The notes under the pieces were generated by a model that ran no database searches, was not told the DNA's origin, and was given only the letters and a program-made list of their open reading frames with translations. Source: Rhynchobatus australiae (lineage: Eukaryota). From it: DNA of 64,000 bases. Numbering within the stretch: position 1 is the stretch's first letter; the number at the start of each line of letters is the position of its first letter. The stretch is from NCBI GenBank assembly GCA_034780895.1, contig JAUZTB010000066.1, forward strand, positions 14,427,154-14,491,153. Reading direction: 5' to 3'. Shown here in pieces: positions 25,784-39,178 of this stretch. The translations under genes and the position numbers were made by a program.

Positions 25784-26179
25784 CAAGCTTCTGGCTGAAC
25801 ACTTCCCTATGTTTCATGGTCATAATAATAAAAGAATAATTTCCTATTATTCACAACCTTAAAGAAGACACAAGAACATTTGTGTTAATCTATCTGATTA
25901 AACGATGAAATAATAACATGCAGTAATATGTATAATAGGAGCCCAGTGATAATAGTTATAATACAATCGTTGTTTCTCAGTCTGCATTGGCAGAGATCCA
26001 GAAGTAAATTTCCTGTTTACCTTTGTACTAATGGCTGGTGTGTGTCATAGAGAGACAAGAAAAGGGAGAGGGAATAAAATACAAAAGAACATAAGAAAGT
26101 ATGGAATGAAAAAGATGGCCATTGAACTCATCAAATCCTGAACTATATAGTTCTCATTTCTCATATCTTTTTCTTCTGA

Positions 26180-26535
26180 TGTAGAAGGAGGCTGTTCAGC
26201 CCATAAAGTCTATGCTAGCTCTCAGAGCAATCCCATTGATCCAATTCCCCCACTTATTTCCCTATACTCTCTCACACATGCCCGTCAATTCTCCCCAAAT
26301 CCCTCTGCCACTCATCTACACTGGGGACAACTCACAATGCCCAATTATCCAAGCAGCATTTCTTTGGGATGTGAAGTGGAACCAGAGATGGTTCCATTTC
26401 ACAATGCAAGACAGAAAACCCTATTGTCACAGGGAGAGTGTGTAAACTCCTCACACATAGCACCTGAGGCCAGGATCAAACCAGGGTTGTTGGAGGTGTA
26501 TAGCAGTGGCACTGTCTGCTATGCCAATGTGCTGT
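26180..26535 (-). mobile_element. Old V-SINE
   Basis: Decayed V-domain and tRNA-like head on the minus strand; similar to 54265-54570. Confidence 0.6.
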
Positions 26536-28156
26536 TCACACCTTGACAAGACGACAGCAAGGCTTTCACCCACCCTCCAATCTCACAGTAATATCCAGAT
26601 ACCACTGTAGGGAATGGGCAAGTGACAGAAGAGTCCCCCAAAAAGGAAAAGGTAAAAATCTTTTCGTACCTCAATCATGACTACAAGACCAAAGATGGGA
26701 AAAAGTTTAGAGCCAAAATGGATGCTGGGGATAGCATTACCAGGAAACTTTCATTATCTTCATTATTTGAGGAAATTAATAATATAAGGGTTGATGGAAT
26801 GTGCCATGTTTTATTTGGAATCTTGTGCCTGAATTTGTTATAGCTGCACAAGATACTCAAATATTAAAGGAGCAAACTTTAACTGGAGGATTAACACCCA
26901 CTTCAGTCTTATCTAAAAGGTGAAATCTTATTCAAGCCACCATATTCATCTTCCTCCAAATATGTGCCTTGTTTAAGTTCTCTTCAGTCATAGTCAATCC
27001 CTTTGCTTCCCTGCAGACCAGTCCTCTCCCCTGATCTCCATTCACTCTGTGATCATTTAACTACTCCAACATCCTCCTTCCCCCTCTCTTCACTCCCTAT
27101 CATTATCATGCCCCACCTGAAACCCTTTGCAAAATATGTTAAAGGAAATTCATTCACTATTGCATTGTAAAATATACAGTAAGCAGTTTGTGTACATCAA
27201 AGTCCCACATATAGAAGTAATATAAATTACCAGATAAACTGTTTTCTTCACTGATGCTGGCTTAACAAATTTTTCTTTCTGGTAACAGTAGCAGCTCCGG
27301 GGTGTGGAGATCAGGTAAACCAATTTCTGAAGGAAATACTTGTAGAAAGATATCACTTTCATTCAGTCTCCATTAGAATTGATGATCGGCATTTTGAATT
27401 GTACAGAACCTTAGAGCAGATAGAATATAAAGTCTACTTAAGCCCATTTCCATATTTCCAATTTCTTTCTGTAGTTTCAGTCCCCTTTTCAACAAAAAAG
27501 CCATTTTGACATTATCTCATCTATTTCCCTAGTAATGTGAATGGTAGCTGGTTGCTTTGAAATATCTGTCACTGACATTGGCAGATGATTCACAATTATT
27601 GTGAATTGGGTTGCCATTTATTCTGCCTTTCATGCTTTCTCTTGCCACAGATGCCAGGAGTTCACAGTGGAGAGGTCATTCACATCCTACACTCTGAACT
27701 TAAAGAAATGGTTAAGAATAATTTCTTCTGGGGAAATTTAATTTAGAAAGCTCACTTTCAATTTTATATAATCTGCGACGTTCAATTTTATCAGGAAGTG
27801 AATCTGTAATTTGGGGAACGCTGTCAACGTCATACTCAAGATAATACCACTGGAGAGTTTAAAATCAACGTGGATTATAAGAAAAAGGGAAATATTTGTG
27901 GCATAAAGTAAAAGGAAGTGGGCACTGGAGGTTGCCAAGCAATGGCAAGAGAGGGGAGAAAAGTCTGACACCAGCGTATCTCACACATTTCGCATTGTTT
28001 AGAGGCAGCAATTATGGACAGCACTCTAAAAATGGTTTGTGGGTTGCAGAAATTCAGTGAGATGGAATAAATTGTCTAATGTTCAGTCATGAAGGTCATT
28101 ATCGTGATGCAATAACCTGAACTGTTAGTTGCTTGGGAGATGATCTGGAAAAGGCT

Positions 28157-28613
28157 AGAGAAATAAAGGACTGCAGATGCTGGAATCGAGATGAAAAACC
28201 CAATGATGCTGGAGGAACTCAGCAGGCCAGGCAGCATCCGTGGAGAAAAGCAGGCGGTCAACGTTTCGGGTCAGGACCCTTCTTCAGGACTGAAGATGGG
28301 AAAAGGGGGGGAAGACCAATATATAGGAGGGAAAAGCAGAGCAGTGATAGGTGGACAAAAGAGGGGAGGTGGGGTGGGCACTGGGTGGTGGTAGATAGAT
28401 GCAAGTAAGAGATAGTGATAGGCAGGTGCAGGGGAGGAGGGAAGAGCAGATCCACTGGGGGATGGAGGGGAAAAAGGGTAGAAAAAAAGGAGAGAGAGGC
28501 TAGGAAAGGGAAGAAAAGAAGAGGCATGGGTTGGGGGGGCATGTTGAGGGGATTACTTAAAGTGGGGGAATTCAATGTTCATGCCATTAGGCTGCAAGGT
28601 TCCAAGACAGAAT
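28157..28613 (-). mobile_element. PLE 3' end (ORF tail plus terminal repeat)
   Basis: Minus strand FCLGTLQPNGMNIEFPHFK*, then a pyrimidine-rich UTR and CTGAAGAAGGGTCCTGACCCGAAACGTT. Confidence 0.8.
28255..28292 (-). ncRNA. Candidate minimal type I hammerhead ribozyme
   Basis: CAGUC-CUGAAGA-A-GGGU(CCUG)ACCC-GAAAC-GUU-GACCG: CUGANGA and GAAA boxes, stem II, palindromic ACGU stem III, NUH triplet. Confidence 0.65.
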
Positions 28614-28649
28614 AGGCTAGTATACAGGTACGCAAGCAACTAGGCAAGC

Positions 28650-29395
28650 TAACAGACCTAACCTCTCCAGGCTCTCCTCATAACTAAAATGCTCCAATCC
28701 AGGCAAAACCCTGGTGTATCTGCTCTACACCTTCTCTAATGCTATTGCATCCTTCCTATAATGTGGTAACCACAACTGAACATAGTATTGTAATTGAGGT
28801 CTGACCAATGTTTTATCAAGTTGGAGCATAACCTCCCTGCTTTTGTATTCAATACCCTGACTAATGAAGGTCAGATCCCATATGTCTTCTTAACCATGTT
28901 ATCCACCTGTGCAGCCACCTTCAAGGATCTTTGGACTTGCACATCAAAGTCATTCTGTTTCTCAGTACTCTCTGGGACCTTACCATCAGAGCTCCCAAAA
29001 TGCATCACTTCACACTTATCTGGATTAAATTCCATCTGCCATTTTTCAGCCCATTTCACCAACACATCAGTATCACTTTGTAGCTTAAGATCGCTCTCAA
29101 CACCATCAACAACACCAATCTTCATGTCATCCACAAACCTACTGATCACGCCACCTACATCCACATCCAAATCATTCATGGATATTACAAGCAGCACGGG
29201 ACCCAGCACCAATTCTTATGGAACATCATAAGTCACAGGCATGCAGTCACAAATGCAACCTTCTAGTATCACCCTCTATCTCCTATTACTAAGCCAATTT
29301 TAGACCCAATTTGCTCAGTTGTCCTGGATCCCATGGGCCTTAACCTTTTGAACCATCTCCCATGTGGGACCTTATCAAGAAGCTTACTGAAGTAA
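28650..29395 (-). mobile_element. CR1 LINE RT fragment
   Basis: VLGPVLLVISMNDLD...SRFVDDMKIG...WAEKWQMEFNPDKCEVMHFG. Confidence 0.88.
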
Positions 29396-29684
29396 TGTTC
29401 CTTTGCAACTCTCTTCCTCACAGGCCAGTAGAAGCAGAGATTCAAATATGTTTAAGGCAGAGGTATAAAGACCCTTGATAGGTAAAAGGGTGAAAGATTT
29501 CACAGGGAGATGGAAATATGGCATTGAGGTCAGCATGATCTTATTAAATGACAGAGCAGGCAGGAGGGGTGTGTGGGCTACTGATCCTAACTCATATCAT
29601 TGTACATGTTGGTCAGAACAACATAACAGCAATGTTAAAGAAATGATAGCTACATTTAAATGTAGGAAGAGTTTCAACCTCTAA

Positions 29685-29792
29685 TGTGTCAGTCCTGCTG
29701 CAGGGTGTAGACCCAAAAACGTCGACAATTCCTTTTTTCCCACAGATGCTGCTTGACCTGTTGAGTTCCTTTAGCAGATTGTTCATTGCTCT
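29685..29792 (+). mobile_element. PLE terminus with degenerate hammerhead motif
   Basis: CAGTC CTGCTGC AGGGTGTAGACCC AAAAAC GTCGAC, then CAGATGCTGCTTGACCTGTTGAGTTCC. Confidence 0.6.
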
Positions 29793-32700
29793 GATTATGT
29801 ACACTTAATACTTTGTGGGCTCAGAACCCCACAGCCCCTCAGTGTTCTGAGATTCCTTCCAATATCTTTCTACATGTAAAGGGCTACCCATATATACAGT
29901 ATGCGTGAACACAAGCTAACTTACTTAAGTGATAGTTGTTCGAGATTTGTAAAATTATGAAGAGAATTGAGAAAGTGGATTGAAATAGATTATTTCCAGC
30001 AATTGAAGAGACTAGTTTGAATGAGCAAATATATAAGATTAAAAACAGAAGATCTGTTGTTTACTTGATCTTACAGCTTTCCACTACCATGTAATTTGGG
30101 ACAGAATATGTATGACCATAAAAGAATCTTACATAATGGTTGAAAAGTAGGATGTACAGGGAATGTGGGAATGGGAATGGTGTAGGTAGGGAGTTTAAGA
30201 TGGGAGATTGAGAGTTGATGCAGCATTCCCAGTGCCTGGCTCGCCCCATACTCAGCAGCAGAGTAAGTGCACCCCAGATTTAAACAGGAGTGTTGTGCTC
30301 AGTCACATCATGGTATGTGGCCATCATCTGAACCATGGATTCGAGCAAGGACTATACAATCTGCAACCCACCATCAACAGCTGCTCTCAACAAGAGGCCC
30401 ACAGAACTGTATTTTACCCGTTTGTACAGATTCTTTGTATGCAAGGAGCCGGACTTCTGCCTTCACCACCCTCCTTCCCATTCCACCTGGACCCTGCTCA
30501 GCCAGGTGGAAAGGGGAGGGGGTGGAGCAGGCAATCAAGTCTCCTACCACCCTGCCACCTCCCTTCCACCCTCACCAACCCCGTACCTTTTATTTTGACT
30601 TGTACCAACTTTGGGTAGGAGTTGCCACTGAGGTACGTAAATGAGGTCGAGTTGAAATCTCCTGCGCCTCACTTTCACTACCTGCTTTNNNNNNNNNNNN
30701 NNNNNNNNNNNNNNNNNNNNNNNNNNNNNNNNNNNNNNNNNNTTCACTATTAAATGTTGATGCAGAAGAGTAGTCACAAAACCATAACAGCAGGATGCTG
30801 AACAGGAAATGCATACACACACAAAATTTTTAATAAATATTAGATAAATATGCCTACAAATGTTAGCTCTGTAAGTGGATGTGTGGGAAGTGAATGGGGT
30901 TTTATTTAATTAGTCGGTTATTCAGTGCAGATGTTCCTTTCAGTATATCAGGCAAAGGAAAAGCAAGTGATGCATAACTGAGTAACCCATACCAACATGT
31001 AACTTGCCTGCAGCTTTATCACCACACCCAAACCGGCCTTCACTAAAATACCAGCTAGCAACAAGTTTTAAAGTTCATGATATTTACTAGGCAAGTAACT
31101 TCTTACTTGCTCTATATTTTAGGTTGCATTTTCGGAAAAGATTTTTTTTGTGTGGTCTAGCCATTTGGAAAAATGTTTTGCTTTGCAAAATGCAAAATGT
31201 AAGATGTACATCACAGCCACAAGATACAGGAAGTCTTTCTTCAACAGTCATTTGGAAATTCTTAGAGGCACAGTGATGTTACAAGCTGCTGCTGCCGTAT
31301 GCCATTTGCTGATACCTCAAGCCTGANNNNNNNNNNNNNNNNNNNNNNNNNNNNNNNNNNNNNNNNNNNNNNNNNNNNNNNNNNNNNNNNNNNNNNNNNN
31401 NNNNNNNNNNNNNNNNNNNNNNNNNNTGATACCTCAAGCCTGATTGTGTGAAGCAGTTTTTTGCAGAATCATTACACAAGTAATAGCTTTTCATTTTATC
31501 TAATACAATTGCGTCATGAGGACGGAATTGCTATAAGGAACAAGACATGAACTAAGATTTATAAAGATGATCATTTATTACATTACAAATGAATTGGGAA
31601 ATAAAGAGCAATCAACTTTACATTAGGGCCTTTCAGCACTGCTTGAAGAAATGATTTAGGAATTATTTATATTCTCACAAAAGATGGGGAGCATTTCATT
31701 GGAAAACATTTTTTAAGCGGCACAGTTCCGATGGTTTACAGTGACTTTGAAACGTTGATCAGCCTGTGGCCTTCAGATCAACAGAAGCTGTATTTTTTGT
31801 TCCATTTCAATTTAGTTCACCAGTTTATTGCAGATATTTCATAACAGGCCAGAAATCCATGGGAACATCTCCAACCAAGAATGTCAGCACCTTTTTGGAA
31901 AAAGGAGGAAAATTCTCAGAAAAGATAAGCAGTTTATTGCAGCTCTGAAATCAAAACAATTTTCCAATCTCAAACACACTTTCAGATAGTTTTAGAATAT
32001 GATACTGAAAGCAAGAGATTAATCACCATCTTTTGAACTTTGATATTAATATTTTACAACCAGTTAATTTGGAATTGTTTCCAGACAATGGAAGAAATTG
32101 AGGTTATGCCTTTGACATATTTAAGGAGCATAACATAGGAGCTAAAATGTTATAAGTAGCTTCTGGTCCATGCCTTGGTGCAGGGAACTTTCCTGTATTA
32201 CGTCTTCCCAACTTTACAATAGGTGTGATAGAGTTGATTAATTTACTTTTGGGTTCCTTTTCCTCCTGCTAGTTCAGACATTGATAATCATACTGCTCTG
32301 AGTTTAGATCCTGATGCCATTCATTATCTGGGAATTAAAATTTTCTTGTTATTATTGTAAAATAATTGAGAAATAATAGGTCATCAACTATGCTACAGGA
32401 ACTACTGTTATGCTTTAAGAAAAGATTTGGAAATCATATTTTCACAAAAGGTGAGGAAAGTTTTGTTGGAAAATTCTTTTAATCTGTGCAGCTCTGATAC
32501 TGAACATTGATTAACCTCTGACCTTAAGAGGTACAAATGTTGGATTGTTCCTTATTTTAGTTTGCTTCCTAATTTATTATGTAAATACACGTCACCCATG
32601 GGAACATTGCTAACCCAGAGCGTCAGTGTCGTCCTGGATTAGGAGTAAATTAGTTTCAGGGAAAAAGAACGACATCTAGCCACTCTTTTTGCTAATAAAC

Positions 32701-35399
32701 TGGAAAAAAGGAATCAGATCGATAAAAATTGCCTGCCCCTCATCAAAATGCATTTGCAAGAAGAGAATGAAGTGCCAATTTGTTTTGCACTGCCTTAACA
32801 AGTGGTAGAGTATTTTGGAAATATCATTTTAAATGTGGATACCAGGTTTGAGCTAATTTGTAAGGAAGTATCCTGGAGGTCTATAATGAGGACAGGGTGC
32901 ATGAACAAATTCCTGCAACTGCTCTCTTCTCTTTGTGTTAACTTTGACCACTGCACGCTAGAAGCCAGACAGAGTTCTCAACATGTAAGTTGTTGGTTTT
33001 ACTGTGGTTTGTCTCATTTCCTCAATAGCTACAAGCTATATTCAAATGTCCTTATCTGTTTGTCCCTGCAGTGGCCAGACATCCTGTATTTTTATTTGTC
33101 CCACATCTTTTATCTCAGGGCTTCTGCTTGTCTGCTGGAATCTTTGTGCTAAGAGGGGGTTGGGTGGGAATGGGTGATGTCAGTGGTGTGGGGCAGCTTC
33201 CTCTTGTGCAAAGCTGCCCTCGTCCATGACTGCTTCCTCTTCCCGTTTGTTGCAGGGTTTCACATTGTGTCCTCATCAATAAAACCTCAGCAGCTGTAGT
33301 TAATGTTTCCCCCAAGAGCTATAACTGCCAGCACACAAGTTTCTATTTCTATATTTAGTTTATTGATTTCTTAAATCAGTTTGAATTTTTCCTCTTCTTC
33401 CTCATTTTAANNNNTCTCCCCTGTTGCCCTGTGAGGGTCACAACTTGACTTAGCCAGCCCATAGGTGGTCTAAACAACCAGACACTTAAAAAGTGTAAGG
33501 CAGATTTACCAAGTTAGTGTCATAACATGACCTCCTGCCTCCAAATGTCCACCACTGTGCTCCTGCTTTTGGTCATTCCACTTCTCTGTTCTCTTAGTAA
33601 CCTCCTTTCTCCACCAATTGGAAAGCAAAAAAGCATTTTGTTATCTCATTGGGTAATTCTTGATATTCAGTCAAGGAATCATTTGTCCCAAGCCCAATAT
33701 TTAATACATAAAGGTGTGTAGATTATGCCGGATTATGGGATTTAATTTTACGATACTGTGGGTATTTATTTTTGAATCTGACTCAATATTGTTAAGAGTT
33801 GTGTTTTTATTTTTTATATAGAAAACTCAATACAAGTCTGTATCTCATTGATGGTCTACACCATCACACAGACATCACTGTACCCAGTAAGTGCTGAACA
33901 GAGTAGTTATTAATCATTAAGGATAAAGGATTAAGCTCTAGCCTGCTTTGACTGTCACCTTCCATCACAACTGTCTTCACTCTTGCCTACCCTGAATTAT
34001 GCCATAGAAGCTACTCTCATACTGCTTCTAACAAAGAGTGTGATTTGTTTCTTGTGGTTGCTATCTTTGCCTGCCTTTGATTTCTCAAAAAGTTTCCTGT
34101 ATGTCCTTATTGACTACTTTTCCATTCAGAGAAGAAGATTCCAGGTTTAATTTAGCTTGTGCCAGAGGTGGCTGCTCTCAGCAAGGAACATCCCTTGGGG
34201 ACTAGAGCCAACCTTGGGAGATGTGAATTGCATAAGATGGGCACGCAAGTAATGGGAGAAACCCATGATCAACAAAACCTCCTGACAGGGGTTTCCAGGA
34301 ATGCCAAAGACAAGATGGAGAAGCCAGCTTTGGGGAAGTCAAGACCTTCCTTCTAGGCCTCAAATGAGCAGCTCTGTTGCCAATGGCAACACAAAAAAGG
34401 GAAACAAAATGCACTTTACAAGTTTCTTATGGATCTTGTTCCAGCTCACCTGGCAGGAATTCCATAACACCTTTTTATTAAAATTGAATTAGAACCTAAT
34501 GATGTAATCAAACCCAGATATGCATATGTAAGTAAAGACCTTTAGCTTGAGGTAGGTTCAGAAGAACAGGNNNNNNNNNNNNNNNNNNNNNNNNNNNNNN
34601 NNNNNNNNNNNNNNNNNNNNNNNNNNNNNNNNNNNNNNNNNNNNNNNNNNNNNNNNNNNNNNNNNNNNNNGGTAGGTTCAGAAGAACAGGCTAAAATAAA
34701 AGGTGCTTGATAGTTTATATAAAAAAAAATCAAGGATATTAGTCCAGTTACTATAAAGGGGTAACAATATCTATCTAAGCTGGGATAGTGTGTAAACGTG
34801 AAGGAATGACAATTATTGCCTGAGTCAGGATGCTATGTGGGTTGCAAGAGAACTTGGAACCAATGAGGTTCCCAGCACACCAGCAGCAAAGATCTTAACC
34901 ACAAAAAATAAGGAAGCAAATTTTATCTTACTTAATTGATTCCTTGTGGGTGAGGAGAATTTGCTTTTTTTCCTTCCTGGCTGTAGAAAGTACAGCTAGG
35001 GTTAGAGTAATGCAGTTCATCCTGTACAGTGTACATACCCAGTCTGCCAGCAGCAGAGGGGTAAATTATTGAACCTGCTTCTGATTGTTGAACCGTGAAT
35101 GCAACTGAGTCCCTTTGTAGGGGGTGTTAGGTGGGGCAGTTTTGAGCTCCGCTGTGAAGCCTCTGTGATCAACCTATGCACAAGCACTGTGCAGACCTGC
35201 ACCCATAGTGTTTGTGCAAACCCAGTTTGAGCTTTCCATTATGAGGACAAAAGCAGAATTTGTTTTGGCAGCCAGAGAGTAAATAATTAACTTTTTGTTT
35301 TAACCAAGTCCTATTTATAAGTTGTATGGGAGCTCACTACTAAGTAAGCATGGATGGATATAGATTGTAATTTAAGCAGAAAATAATTTTATTCTTTGG

Positions 35400-35600
35400 A
35401 CAAAAACACACGGAAATAAGTGCAGGAGTAGGCTAATCAGTCCTTCAAGCCTGTCCTGCCATTCAACTCCTCTTCTGTGCTAGTTCCTATAACCCTCAAT
35501 TCCTCAATCTTTCAAATATTTATCGATCTCCACCTTAAATATGTCTAATGATCTGGCCTCCACCACCTTTGAGGGCAAAGAGTTCCAGAGGTTTCACTAC
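35400..35600 (-). mobile_element. CR1 LINE 3' end
   Basis: GAAATAAGTGCAGGAGTAGGC...CAAGCCTGTCCTGCCATTCAA, as at 48480. Confidence 0.6.
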
Positions 35601-35619
35601 CAGGTGAATCCATTAAAGG

Positions 35620-35985
35620 TATGGTATTGGTGTTGGTTTATTGTTGTCGCATGTATCAAGATACAGTGGAAAAACTTAGTTTTGTGAGCCATCCATACAT
35701 AATGTTTCAAAAACATAAGTACTTGGAGGCAGCACAAGTGAAAAGCAGTAACAGAATGCAGAATATAGTGTTATGGTTACAGTTACAGAGAAAGTGCCGT
35801 GCAGGTAGACAATAAGGTGCAAGGGCCATGATGAGGTAGATTGTGAGGCGAAGAGTCTTACGACAGCAGGATAGAAGCTGTCCTTGAGCCTGGTAGTGCT
35901 TGTTTTCAAACGTCTGTATCCTCTGTCTGGTGGAAGAGGAGAGAAGAGAGAATGTCTGGGGTGGGAGGGGTCTGTGGTTATGCAC
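35620..35985 (-). mobile_element. Rex/Babar LINE 3' end
   Basis: Minus strand KTSTTRLKDSFYPAVVRL plus the shared UTR. Confidence 0.8.
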
Positions 35986-37759
35986 TGAATGTGAAATAAT
36001 GTTGTGTGAAAACGGATTTAGAATTATCACAATTTGAAATTATCTTAAATTGCAAGATATAGCAATGTGTCAGTGCCATCCCTCTCCACTCCTAAGGTTA
36101 GCATCTCAGCTGCATGGTACATGTCCTTGGCACTCTCTCTAACTCAGCCAGAGCTGATCCTGGGAGTTGGGACAGGGACATAATTCCCTCCTGGCCTTGT
36201 GCCACTGGAATTTTTGGGCTTGAATCTCAACTCTGGAGCATTGTCTCTGGTTAACCATGTACAGAAGGTCTGAGTGAATGCAAATTACACTCTGGCAATC
36301 AGTTCTTGTTTCCTTCTTAGTTTTTAGTACTATTAAGCTGCAATCCACGGTAATGACAGCCTTCAGATCATTTTTGAAAGTAGGAAGTCACTGCTTAAGT
36401 TATAAAAGCTGCAAAACCACATCGACACCACTTCTTCATTTGTAAAGTCCTCTAGATTCTAACAGTATTCTTCCTCCTGTGATCTGTATATAAATCCAGC
36501 CTTGACTGAGATAGATGATTTTGCTTCTGTTTTGTTAACTGTCAAGGTATTTCAGTTGTAAGATGTTTCCTTTGCCTCACTCAACTCCCAATAAATCTTC
36601 CTCTCAACTTCCTATGTATGAACACAGACTGTATGCAGTGAGATGAGAAGGCAAACAGCTGACGAATGCAGGCAACAGAAATATTGCAGGGAGACCATGG
36701 GTTTTTTGATGGTTCCAGGTGTATTTATCTAGCAAGTAATTTTCCTGCAATATCTGATGAGGAACTACTTGGTTCTGTTTTCTGATACATCTAGAAAATT
36801 ATCAGTGCTCCTCAATCTAGAGAAAACTCACAGGACTTGATACAATCCCAAGTCCATAAAATANNNNNNNNNNNNNNNNTGCAGAGAAATGCCATAATAT
36901 CTTTGGTACCACTATTTAAAATTCAACATTGTGGCTACACTTACTTTAAGTATCATATTGAAATGCAAACACTACATTGGACAATAGGTTAGCCGCTGAC
37001 ATTTGCAAATCATGAACTGGTAATGTATATACAGGAAGTGAAAGTGTATGTCATGCACTAATGAACATCATGTCTAGTGTTTAAGCATTTTTACATTCTA
37101 CTGTCTGAAATTTAAAGAGGAAACATCCTTTAAACCAGGGCATCTAAACGCCAGAAAAAAAAACTACTGTAATGTTTCAACAATTACAATGAAAATGACA
37201 CTGAATCAAAATTGGACATTCATTGCTCACTGATGTTTACCTTGTTAGGAGAAGTAGCAGGAGTGGACTGCATCTTCATTAAAGTGTTGCTCAATGAGAA
37301 AGAAAAGCCAGAGGCAAACTACTTTGCAATGTGACTCACTATCTAACTCTCCAAAGGCTTTCCACAATCTATAGGATACATCATGAGCATGATGGAATAC
37401 TCTCCATTTGTGAGAAGCATTCAAAAACATCTTTAATCCTGAAACCTTTGACAGTCAGCAATGCTGGGGACAGACATCCGCTAGCTATCAAAGACTTTCA
37501 AGAGTATTTTGGTACAAGGCTTTTCCATTTCATCAGCTGAGTACCCATCATCACTCAAGGATTCATCACTCTACTCAGGATGCTTTAAGCAGCAAGGCCA
37601 GCCCTTTGCATCTAGCTCAAGTAAATTTGGGAAAGGGCTGATTTTGGCTGACAGAACTATACCGATATAATCCAGCCCTGTGTGTACCCTCAACAGGATG
37701 CATTCTAGCAACACCTAACAAGCACAAGATCTCCTTCACCAACATGTACAAGTTTATAC

Positions 37760-37918
37760 CTATCCATCTTTAATTCCCTTTCTAAAACCTCTGTTTTGGT
37801 CTAAACTTTTGGTTACCTGTACTATTATTTCTTCATGTGTCTCAGTGTCAAACTACATTCCTGTGAGGGTACATTTGACCTACAGTAAAAGTTTTAAAGA
37901 AATATAAGTTCTTGTTGG
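37760..37918 (+). mobile_element. Probable L2 LINE 3' end
   Basis: CTAAAACC...CTTTTGGTTACCTG...CCTGTGAG...AATATAAGTTCTTGTTG resembles recalled elasmobranch L2 tails. Confidence 0.45.
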
Positions 37919-38873
37919 TTAGTGTTTTTTGATCCTATAACCATATTATCGCAGAATTACAGAATTTGTTTCACAACATATATGGCGCATTTTTTCTGCA
38001 CTCTCAAAACTACACTTGATTTGTTGCTTTATTAAAGTTTAAGTTTCACAGTCATTTATGTGTCACAATGTTGAGCAAGCTCACAGAGAACCCAAATGCA
38101 GCACACCAATACAAAACTGGAGTCAGGATACTTCCTCAGGACAAAACACNNNNNNNNNNNNNNNNNNNNNNNNNNNNNNNNNNNNNNNNNNNNNNNNNNN
38201 NNNNNNNNNNNNNNNNNNNNNNNNNNNNNNNNNNNNNNNNNNNNNNNNNTCTGGCAACTAGTGCTAGAGAAACCCAGGTACTTATGCTGGACCCCTGATG
38301 GGGCTCAGGTGTGTGCCGTTATGTAATCAGTCCAGCATGGAATCCAGGTGCTGGACAAGGCATTAAAGGAGCCAAATTGAGGGCCAGAACCCAGAACCAT
38401 GACATTATGTTGTATTTCTTTTGCACACAAGAAAGATATACACAGAAAATACTATTCTCATACAAGGAGAGCTTGCTGTGCTTGTTCTGCATTTACTCAT
38501 GAAATGTAGATATTGCTGACAAGACCAGCACTCAACATCCGACTCCAATTGTCCTTAAGAAGGTGGTGTTGAGCCACAAGCTTGAACCACAGCATCCCTG
38601 TAGTTAAGCCGCTTGTTAGGTAAGTTAGATAACGAGGATGTGATAGTGTTACCAGGCACCTGCTGTCCTCCCCTGTGGCAGAGTCACTCTTCACAGGTTT
38701 CAAAATGTAAACTTATGACAGCATGTCCCTGCAATAGGTGTAGGCCAAAGAATATCAAGACATTGTTTTTATTAGTCATGAGACTGAATAGGCAACATGA
38801 ACAATTGACAGAATTGTAATCATAATTCACTTGGCCAGAAACAAACTAAATCATGGATAATTAATTAATGGTG

Positions 38874-39178
38874 ACATGAGATTCTGCAGGTGCTGGAATC
38901 TGGANNNNNNNNNNNNNNNNNNNNNNNNNNNNNNNNNNNNNNNNNNNNNNNNNNNNNNNNNNNNNNNNNNNNNNNNNNNNNNNNNNNNNNNNNNNNNNNN
39001 NNNNNNNNNNNNNNNNNNNNNNNNNNNNNNNNNNNNNNNNGAGACTTCTTATTCTGGCTTCTGCCCTCTTCTTTTCCAGTCCTGATGAAGGGTCTCGGCC
39101 TGAAATGTCAGCTGTTCATTTCCCTCCATAGATGCTGCCTGACCCGCTGAGTTCCTCCAGCATTTTGTGTGTGTTGCA
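38874..39178 (+). mobile_element. PLE terminus with hammerhead-like motif at 39077-39114, partly in a gap
   Basis: CAGTC CTGATGA AGGGTCTCGGCCT GAAA TGTC AGCTG; an inverted PLE end precedes the gap. Confidence 0.72.

Noticed and set aside
26611-26651. AG...GT-bounded mini-exon candidates (also about 27650-27710 and 32400-32450)
   Set aside because: No recognisable homology; exons B and C already join in phase.
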